Positions 49,701 through 60,077 of a stretch of DNA of 60,077 bases are shown piece by piece. The DNA comes from Catajapyx aquilonaris (Eukaryota). Position numbers and translations under genes: made by a program. The first letter of the stretch is position 1; each line of letters begins with the position of its first letter. Under the pieces are notes generated by a model. It did not search any database. It was not told where the DNA came from and worked only from the letters and a program-made list of their open reading frames with translations. Location of the stretch: positions 1 to 60,077 of the forward strand of contig JYFJ02002276.1 of assembly GCA_000934665.2 (NCBI GenBank), in the 5' to 3' direction.

Positions 49701-52700
49701 GCTATTTCTCATAGGGGGGCCAACTGCAGTTCATCGTTAATATCGCTCAGGCTCCATTGCAGCCCATTAGAACTTTTTCACCTGACTCAGCTCATAACGC
49801 AAGTGACAATGTCCGCGAACAAAAGGCCGGGAAACTGGTCTCCGATTGGTTCGCGGTCTTCAATTCTGAGCATTGCAATATATTTTCCAAAGCCGAGCAA
49901 TAAAGGAAAACGGTTGCGAGCTGCAGTTTCCCAACTACAACCATTAATTTAAGTCACTCTCTGCAAGTCGATGACACTAATACAGTCCTTTTAGCAGTAT
50001 CGATCAATAAGTAATAGGCTAAAGAAGTTGTAAGGACTCCAGGGGTAGTAGTCAACTTCATTTTGAATCTCACTCCACAGCTGTGTAAGTTATGCGACGT
50101 TGGCAGGATCGGCAAATATAATTGACATTTGCATTTCGTTCGGAATGTGACGGCATATTATTAGATGAAACTTTCAGCCTGACACATATGGTTAGTTAGG
50201 CAATATTTTTTTATTCTGACGGTATTATAATTGCATTTAGTTTGAAAAATTTAACGCACAAAGAAATGACATGTGGCATGTGAATTTGTTTTATCTAGAG
50301 CAAAATGAAAATGTAATTATATCCGTCGACATAATGCATTCATTTTTTAAACAAAATGTTCAGGACCAGCATTGTCGGTTGCCTTTTATATCCAACCTAT
50401 TATTTGCACAAGCTTTCGCTTCCAGCTAATTAGTGTTATTGCTTGCTAATTAATACTTTGTTATAAGCTAGTAAATATTCGAGCAGTAGTTCGCCATTAA
50501 CATTTTAATACAAAAGCAGATATTAATTGCAGTACAAATAATCCCTTCGAGTGCACAAAACTAAACATTTTGCCGCAAATATTCCGGCGGCAAGAGGATC
50601 CACATCAGCCCTATCCGTCTGAGCAACATTTTGCAACAAATTGACAATTTGTCGATTTATGTTAGCAGAGCAATTTAACTCGAACTGTAACCCCTTATTA
50701 TTGATCGCCTCAAGCCCCATAAGAATCAAGCCGAACTTAACAACTTTCCCCGAGAGACTGTCGAGTTTCTTTGCGGGGAGTGCCCCTAGCTTGGAAGTGG
50801 CTTTGCCAAAGCTAGATGTTGCGAACATATATAGGCCTGTAGAAGGCAGAAAAAAAGAAGCCTCTCAGTGCTAAAGCCCCGCCACTCTTATTCTGCAGCG
50901 CCTCAAACAGCACTAGTATTGCCTAGTGACTTTGAGCCCCGTTTTGGCTTGGAAATCGTCTTCTACTCCCTTTTCTTTATCTCCCACTGTAATGGAAGTG
51001 GAGAAGAATTGAAGTTAAGGAGGATGTGTTAGAGGCAAGTGGGACCGAATGTGCAGGAAACTTGCTCTATTCAGGGGGTGGTGTGGGGAGGTGGAATGCC
51101 AAAATGTGACGTTGGGGGGACATATTATGTAGTTGAAGAACTGTGGGTTACGTGGTTGTACAGGAACATGGGCCTGGGTTTATGATGTAACTTATGTGGG
51201 GTCATTTTAATTTTGGTATGGAGGGGTGAAAGTCAAGGTTACACTAGGAGGAAGTATAGTGGATGTGATTAATGAGTGTGAGTTATTGCACTGCTGGATT
51301 TTGCCGACGTGACCTTGTTGGAATCGTTATATAAATAATCGCGTTAACATAGTGTCAAAAAGTATAAGGTCGTAATATTTTGAAGCAGAAAGTATGGGGT
51401 AGATAGCAATTTTTTGGTCCTAATCTGCTTATTTTTAAGCGATTACTTTGAAATGGTTATTTAAAAATTAGTTGCTAATGTTAGGCAGAATTGAATCATT
51501 TATCCGAGCTCTGAATTGCAATGAATTTCCGATTGTGACTGGCTCATTGGAGCAATTTGGCATCGAACGTCAGTGATGGAGCCCATTTTTGTACATGCCA
51601 TCAGACACCCTCTGCAGGCGTTAAAAAGGATGGGTCGATGCACCATATTATTAGCAGCTAATTCTTCGATAATAACTGAACTTCACTCAAATAAGCGGCT
51701 TATGCTTAAAATCGCTAATTAAAACGGACATTTCAATTAGAACAAAATGTACAAAACTGGCCGAAAAACATTCAAGTACAACCCTACTGAGGATGGCAAT
51801 ATAAAATATAGCAGACTTCCATGTACCTCGTGGCTTAAAATAAAATATTCAACACCAACGTGAAAAAAGCGAGTGTGATGAATAAATATTTCATTACTAC
51901 AAAACGCCTGATCACAAATACATGGTGTTCCTCTACCCAAGTGGACTATCCGCAAAGGGAAGGCGGAGGACAGTTGATTAATTAGTCACTCCTAGCAATG
52001 TAAACAAAGTAGTAAAGGAAACCCCATGCGGCGATGCGGACCAGAAGTGTCTAATTCATCAACTTCTCTCCATTGCTTCTCTTCGGGTCGTCAACTTGGG
52101 CATAGAAACAACTGTTAAAAACCGACCAAACTTATTGTCATGCAGTAATATAATGTTCATTTTAAAAGTGCAGAAATAACGAATTATTTGACGTTTCCAT
52201 ATAATCAACTGTTCTGTACCTTGTAAGTTATACAGACCTAATCAATCGTTCATATAATTTAAAAAATCTTCGCACCAAAATGACGCACCTTATATACGCC
52301 AATAAACCTTGATAAAATGTCCCCACCCACTTCTCCTGAATTCTGTTCTGCTACACCCTAGCTGTGGCGCAAAGTATTGGCAAAAGTGCGGGGGCCTATC
52401 GTTTCTTCCAAAGCAGATTAAAGCTCCTTCCGTGCGATCCTAAGATGGCTCGGCTGGGGCGCCAAGCCGTCACGGTAATTGCAAATCTCCTCCTGAGCCT
52501 CAAACTCCTTAGCACTTGGGCCCGCGAAAACCACGTATCGTGACCGAACTGCATCCATTCTAGTCTGGGGCTGAAAAAGAGGAAGAAAAAGCGGCCCAGA
52601 GATGATACAGACACTTGCTAGCCTTCTGCTGCACGAATAAACGCCGCGCCGTTTGCTTAACACCTAATAATTAATTCGCCCAAACACGATGCGTATCGCT

Positions 52701-55700
52701 TACGTTGCGACGCGATTATTTTTTTCAGCGCAATTATTCATCCAATTAATCCGGCTGGGCAATAAGCGCGGTGGAAATGTTCAATAATTTGAAGAGCATT
52801 CCGTCGGAGAAAAGTCACGGAAAGTTTCCTACCCCTGACAGCAGTGGATTAATTTCGCCTGCATCTTAATTCCCAGATGAACTTGTAGAAACATGAGACA
52901 TCGAGTCCTGATTAGCCCGTAAAATTTTAATTAATAGCACCTGCCTTAAAACTTTGGCGGAAATTCTAACGAGGGGGTCTGTCGCGTGGAGTAATTAGAA
53001 AGGTAATACTGATCAAAAATTTCCGGATGCTCAGCTTCGTTTGCTCAAAATCGATATGGGCGAGGATTTTGAGAGTAATAGATGAGATCATCACATGAAA
53101 TGGTATACTATAATTTGTATTAAATTTAGCGCACCTTCTGAGTGATAGCTATCCTGCGACGCTGAAAAGCAGTATATAATTTTTGATCAACTACAAGGGT
53201 TACTCCTATCCACTTAATCCCATCTGGATTTTGCCAGATCCGCCAGACTATTTCAGACAAGGCCAGAAAATCAATGAATTAGGTCCCCCTGAAACACCGT
53301 ACTATTATTGCGGACCCTTGATCAGTCAAGAGCAATGCATGTAAAATTATAACGCTCTACCCCCCCCCCCCTCCCGGACATTCAAAGAGTGATAAAAGCA
53401 GTTTTAAACATTGCACACTGCCTAGGCAAACTCATAAATTTAGGGCCCTATGTGCTTCTAAAGTATTTGCGTTTATAAAATAATCCTAATTATAAAGCTC
53501 TCCTGGCACGGAAAAACATTCCGCATCTGGCGAAATGGGGAAACGCTTGAAAAGAGTGACCACTTTTGGGCCAGTTTAGTTAGAATTGGGCTCTCATTTA
53601 GGCTAGTGCAGCAGGCACGTTGCTGCTATAATTTATATCGGCGCCGTTTCCCAGCATTTCCTTCCAAAAGAATGAATGCATTTTCCAGCCAGATTCCAGC
53701 CAGGAAAAATGTGCTGGTCCAAAATGTAATATGTATTACTGCACTTCAAACGTCTTTGCTATAATTAAGGCATGTTTGCCAAGCACTAATGTTATTGCCA
53801 TTTTATTGTAAAGGGTTGAATAGAACGGTTATAGTACCGGGCAAAATATTTAACCATTTTTCGTTATCTATTCAATAGTGGAAATGTTACCAGGACATAT
53901 GGAGTTATCGTCATGATGAATGCAAAATGGATCAAAGACCGGCAACATTTTTTCATCGGCATACTGTACAATTTGCAACAATGTAAAGGGGTAGGTCACT
54001 TTTGTACAGTACATCAAATCCGGATGAAAAGAGGCTTGCAGTAAATACCTGCGTTATACGGTACATGTAAAGGGGGAAAATATGTGGGAACCTGACAATT
54101 TCCGGCTGGGCATGTAAAGTATGGCAATGGATCGATACGTATACACTGTGACAACACACGGCATCAATGTTGAACAGGTGCAAAAGAACCGATCCAAAAG
54201 CAAAGGAGGAGCATAGCCAGGCAACATGAGCTGGGGGTTTGTCGGTTTGGCACAAGTCCCCGCGGAAAATGTCCCCATCCGGAAAAGCAACCGTCCACTT
54301 GTGTACCACAGTCATGCAGCAACTCAGACACTGTAGCAATCTCACTGGCGTCAACAACCGTCCCCAGTGTAATGCAAGCGGGCATTTGGTACGCAATGTT
54401 GGATCAGAGGGAAATTAGCAGCAAGGCGATGATGAGCCACGGGGCTTCACAAAAAGCCATCCTTATGGGAATGCTTCCCGCTCATTTCCCCTACTTCTCT
54501 TTCTCTCCCACTACATATTTTATGAGTATGCCTCTGTGAAAAAAAACACACGTCCTACATCAAAAATAATTACCGACAATGCCCCCACTGCTGTAACCAC
54601 ATTGTTGTTAATGTAGTATTTAAAGAATTTGTTTCGGTTGCAGTTTAACCGCTAGGTATGGTTTTTTTTGGAGCTTTCCAGTCACACTATGAATAACTTC
54701 TTTGCCAGTACTCCAATTTTTGCGGCATTAACCCAGGCATTATTCCATGGAGGCTACATGCCTGCAGTTTGTGGTGCATTATTGCAAAAGCAGGTCAGTT
54801 GTGCGCACAGCATGCATTAATGGGGCAAAAAGGCCTACGCGACCGCAACTGTGCACAGTACAATGCTTCTTCACGCGAAATGGTTGTAAATAATTGAGAA
54901 AGGCCTTTGTACTGTTTTTCGTATTCGGTTGCCTCGGCTTAGCCCTGGCAGGAGAGCAACAAAAAATGGCAAGCCTCACAAGTACAAGTAAACCGCTAGC
55001 CTCGACACTTGTTTGCCTCAGCCTGAAATTGGTAACAAAATATTTATGACGCGCTTGAAATTTGCAAAATAGACTTTCCTGCATGTTGTCCAGCCGCGTC
55101 CATGACTCACGTGACATGGGAGGTTCTGTATGTACATCACTTTGAGGTAACCATTGACAAGCTTCCTCTGTTAATTTACATGATCTGCCATGTGCAGCAC
55201 GCCCCTTTTCCTCACCAAAGAACACGTGCAAAGCTTTCATTCAAGCGTTTCCCTACTGAAACTAGGAAAAGGAGGACGTTTCACGCAGTCTTTCATTATT
55301 CAAATACCAACCGACCCTTTGTGCATTCCCCCTTCCAAAGTTAATCTGTCGTTTTGTATTGCCTAGACAAAGGAAATCGCCCGGTTGAAAAAGCCTCAGG
55401 ATGTGGTCGCCAGAGAGCGCGCTCCATGTCTTGTTGTACGGGATGCCTACTTCCAGAGGTAAGCCCACCCAGTCCTGGATGAACTATATACACACACTGT
55501 ATGTAGGTTTCCTAATAAGGTGAAGCCCTGCAACTTTGGAGTTTAAAATAGAGTCTAATGGAGTGATTTTCTAGACCCAGCAGTGGCTGCCATCTTCAGA
55601 AGACCTAGAGCTACTAGAGTATAACCATTTATTTTCATGTCGCCCTGCATTTGACAGGAGCACCAAACGGAAGGAAACTTTGCACACTTGTTTCGGAGGC

Positions 55701-57479
55701 TTACGGGCAGCCTGACAATCATAGCAAATGAAGCTGATCGCAAAAGCCCAAATGCTAATTAATTAATTTTCTGTCTGGACTACAGATGCGGATATAATCT
55801 GGCTCTGCATTTTGCTACGGCACGACCAGGTTAAAAACTGCAACTTTGTTGGGGGTTTGCGTCGCATTTGCCAATTTCGTCACATTAATTTACCTTTGGC
55901 TTGTAAGCACCCCTTTGACATTATACTGTTATGAAACAAGGTATATATACCATAGTTGCCAGACTGAGTTCCCCTCTAGGAAAGCAGCGTACATTTTCTA
56001 GCCAGACTTCAAACCTGTTCTTGGGATGATCTGCCCTATTTCGAAGCTTTTGCTACTAATGCACTACAAGAACTGCGCATCATTATTTCCCCTAATTAGC
56101 CCAGGCCCGAGTTATCTGCCTTCCAAGTCTATATAGTCTGTACAAAGTCTGCAGGGGTGGAGGTGGGAGGAAAACCGCTCGATAGATAAGATGGTCATTA
56201 TGTGTATATTTTTTCCCCCCTTTCCGTAAAAGAGAATCTCTACAGTGTACTGTTGAGGGGAGGACCGGCTAAAAACTGAATTTTCCTCCCAGAGAAATAT
56301 AATTAGGGAAACATTCACTATATACAAGACAGTCTCTGTGTTTAGAATAACGAGTTTGCTAATTGTGACTTTCCACGTTGTTGGATGTTGCACAGTCCAA
56401 GAGCATAACTGAGTAACCTTACTTAGGGAATAGATTGTCCGCGGCAAACATGCTCATCACACTATTGTGTTACAATGGCTACACAGGGTGTATGTACGCA
56501 CTCTCGATTAGTTCCACAAACTTTCATAGCTCTTATTAGCATGGCTCCACTATTACATTCACCGGCTAATCATCTATAAAGCAACAATAAACCTTCGATC
56601 GGATGTGATAATGGGTTTAAAAGTTATCGCCGGGGCGTTATAGAGTTTATAATGGATGTGCAGTAACTCATGAAAAGCAGGCGGGAGGTTGCATGTCCTT
56701 TTCCATGAAATTTGTAGGCATAAACGCGCTTTTTTAGAGATTATCATGGCAAAATCCTCCTCCGAATATATGCCCTTAGACTTTGGTCCTTGCAAGAATT
56801 ATTTACCGCCAAGGGCTACATGACAGAATCCATTATCCTTGGGAAAATCTGAGAAATAATTATTAGTAGCAGATGCAATCGCACACCCAATGTCATCTTC
56901 GCCTGTCAGCTCTCACTCATTATGACCCACAGACGACGAGTCGAACTCCACTAGGGGCATAAAGCATCATAGTTAATATTAAACTTTCGCCTTCAACCCG
57001 GAGCTGTTCTGCCATTTTCCATGAGAAGCTTATGGGATTTAGATTACGGCAAAGTCATTAGCGCTCTGAGGAAACTTTGCATTCAACCTACGTCAGAAGC
57101 GAGTAAGTATTTTTCGTAATGTCATGACAAGGTTGGAAAACGACGGCTTGTTGGCAAAATATTTCACGCGATTCAGTGATTTTCAGGTTTCTCTTCAGTG
57201 TGTTATATTGAAACATTCCCTGGCTATGGTTCTACGGAGGCACTTAGTAGAGTAAAATACGGTAACAGTTTAGCCTACATGGGACGGAAAGAGTTTTGAC
57301 TTGGGTAGAGTCCAACCAAAAGCCAGCAAAATACTGACTGAGTAAAATGTAGAAATATCATTATTTTCAGATGTGTTCCATCAACCGCGCAGTTGTAAAA
57401 TACAGTAACGCTGAGTACAGCAGTGATGTAATGATGGAAATCGTTACTGAAGTACTGTAATTACACCAGCAACAGAGAT

Positions 57480-57784
57480 AATAATAATAATAATTTGATA
57501 CCCCATTATCAGCCTACGGGCTTTCCTAGGGGGGGATTTCTCCCAATTTTTTGTCTGGAACTCTTCCATTTTTACTATTTTTCTCCTCACCGGAATGAAG
57601 CAGGGAAAGGGTAGGAAGGAGGCGGCTGTGGCCTATATTACGGTAACGACCCCGGAATTATCCTGCAAGGACCATGGGAAACCACAGAAAACCATGGTCA
57701 GGGTCGCCGGCCTCCGGGATTCGAACCCAGGACCTCCCGATTAGCAGTCGGCCACCATACCACTACACCACTACTGCTTCGGTT
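57480..57784 (-). mobile_element. Full-length tRNA-derived SINE, family C, with an insect Lm1/Talua-like core
   Basis: The minus strand has A-box TGGTGTAGTGG, B-box GGTTCGAATCC, the core GGTTTTCTGTGGTTTCCC..CAGGATAATTCCGGGGTCGTTACC..TAGGCCACAGCCGCCTCCTTCC and an (ATT)n tail. The 16-bp TSD CACCAGCAACAGAGAT lies at 57464-57479 and 57785-57800. The likeness of the core to Lm1/Talua is from memory. Confidence 0.95.
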
Positions 57785-57994
57785 CACCAGCAACAGAGAT
57801 TGTAGCAGGATAGAATAGCTATATAGTGTAAGGCGATTTCTCCGCGAAAGCCTGAACTATTGGGCACATTCTTTCCATCACTTGGGGGGGGGGGGGATTT
57901 TCACAAATGTACAAAACCACCGGCTTACTTTATACATGTGACACGTACGACTTCATAAAAATTTAAATATGTAAAATATACCGGAAATGCATAT

Positions 57995-58290
57995 GGGCGA
58001 AATAGTGGTGTTGTCGATAAAGTCACGGCATTCCACCTCTGAGGTCTCGCGTTCGATTCCCGGGTCGGACAAGGAGTTTATCATGTGGCAATAGATTCAA
58101 TAGGTACTTTCTATGGTCGCATGGGATTACTATGGATTCTCCTACCATTCTGCGAAAACCATCCTTCCCCACTACCGTCGTCGTACGCTATTCGAGCTCT
58201 CTTCCTTCAGGGCCAGAACTCCTGATCCCTATATGAGCCACAACTGGAACAATAGCATTGTGGTTTGACAAAGCACACTTTCTGGACAAT
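57995..58290 (+). mobile_element. Decayed tRNA-derived SINE-like element
   Basis: An A-box-like TGGTGTTGTCGA is followed by GAGGTCTCGCGTTCGATTCCCG (B-box 58051-58060) at tRNA-like spacing. There is no clear TSD and the 3' boundary is approximate. Confidence 0.6.
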
Positions 58291-60077
58291 AATTAGGTGG
58301 AAACATGTCTATACTACTGCATACAATTGACAGTGAATGCGCATAATAATGGGAGGTAAGTACGAACACAATTACACCCCCAACCCAGCGTTACCAGCTT
58401 GGAGCGTGCAGTCGCTTAGCTCTGAAAAGGCTTCCACACTCCTGCCAAAATCATGAAAATGAACACACGAGCTTCCCATCCGTGAACCCTACCACAGGGA
58501 GTAGGAAACGCTCTCACTACATCAGTAACAGGACACATGCCCATGCATGCTCTTTGTGGACATTCCCTGCGTCTACCGTCCGTTTTCAAAAATTCTTCTT
58601 GACGTATTACGAGCCTCATCTAATCTTGTCACACGAGATTTCCCTAATTTTCCTTGCCACTGGTCGGCAATTGAACTCGACTCATGCCTCTTATCTTGTG
58701 GTGGTAGTCAGTTACAGAGGAAAGTAGATTAAGCATCGCCTAGGGATGCAGCTGCCAGGAGGAAATAACGCGCAACTCTTCCATGCCGGAGAAACAGAAC
58801 AGGAAACTCAGCCTTGTGTGCACACATTTCGTGCCAGGACTTCACAGGATCGTTGTCTCTCACTCAATTACTCGAGTCCCGTGACACCAGACCCGCCATC
58901 AAGGCCTCCAAAATATATGTATATTTCCCATTTTACTTCCTCGGTCTCAGAACAACCGACGTTGACGAAACCAACGCTGAGGAGTCTCCAAGGGAGCCAC
59001 TCCCCTTCCTTCCTTTCCCAAAATGCAAAAATAAGGCGGTGAGCATAAGTATCCTCATGCAATCAATCTCACTCCAACTCGTGTGCTCCCCTAACCATAA
59101 TGGCCTTAAGTTCTGCGGAGAAAATTCAATCGGCATGCTCCATATATTGTAGGATGAAGGAGTGGGAGAGGGGCTAGGGGTGGAAGAAATAAGTTTTTTT
59201 TTTGCCAGGGATGGTTGGTTTCCGGGCCAACTGAACGGATGCAGGTTTCCATATAGCCTTTTTGCAGAGAGGTCCTCAAAACGTGGCCTCGCTTTCTCCA
59301 TTAAGCCAGACTACCAAGAATATAAGATTACGAAGAGAGCAAAAAAGAGGAGGGGCAAAGAAGAGCAGATTCGCATTAAACTCAGTAACCAGATTCCAAT
59401 TTTTTTCCAGAGAAAAAAAGATCCTGAATCTGTCTGCTTAACGTCTGCTCCATTCTGACTCGCTTTGTTAACCAACTATTCCGCGAGACGAAAGAAGCAC
59501 CCTGACGTCACCTGTGACGTACCATCTTGTCTCCCAGCCCTCTTGAAAATGACGAACCTTCCGGTGTCTTGGCGAAGCCAGCCATCCAAAAAGTGACTTT
59601 GGCGAGCAACTTTGTGCCCTAATTGTTATCCAAACTTCCACTTTCTTTTATCCAATAAAGTGGGGAAAAGAGGGAGGAGGGCGGGAAGGGAGAGTAAAAA
59701 ATACGGCCCTAATTAAACATCTTAGCCAAAGAGAGAAGCTCCGACAAGCCGCCGTGTCGTCCCGGCCGACTTGGGCAAGAAAAACTCGTATTTTAATTAT
59801 GCAAATGACTTCAAGGCGGAAAGCTATTTTCTCAGTAACCACTGGGAAAAGGAAAGTAGGGTTCCCCCTCTGTTGCGCGACCTGTTTAAATCGCACACAT
59901 TCTACCAATCTGCAATTGACATGACTCTTAATCCCATTTGCCACTTCAAAGTTATAATACACAACTGTCGGTTGAAAGGAAGGAATTTAATCGTCTTACA
60001 ATCACGGCATTTGTAAACACCAGTCAGCCTTTATGGCTCTTACTCGGATGAAATATGAATTAAAGCTAACTTCTTTA

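Noticed and set aside
743..60016. The short ORFs of the six-frame track as protein-coding genes
   Set aside because: All are 153 aa or shorter, overlap on both strands, often start at non-ATG codons and have no recognisable domains. This is consistent with chance ORFs in non-coding DNA.

Overview
This window is non-coding animal DNA, probably from an arthropod (possibly an insect), lying in an intron or gene desert. It is not prokaryotic. None of the listed ORFs (60-153 aa) resembles an intact protein I recognise, and I found no rRNA, true tRNA, CRISPR array or operon. The supportable content is mostly small transposable elements. There are four full-length tRNA-derived SINEs with clean target-site duplications (TSDs), several decayed SINE or LINE relics, and at least six MITE or DNA-transposon pieces with Tc1/mariner-, P-, Academ-, PIF/Harbinger- and hAT-like termini. 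There are also short hairpins, a 38-bp minisatellite, a diverged ~170-bp local duplication and many long poly-G/C tracts. These sit in AT-rich spacers between GC-richer unique blocks rich in TAAT motifs, which may be cis-regulatory. The most interesting signal is modular SINE architecture: different families swap heads and tails, and they share a 3' tail whose stem-loop keeps its structure while changing sequence. I found no convincing evidence of a new protein-coding system. Superfamily and taxon assignments come from remembered terminal and TSD signatures, not from database searches.
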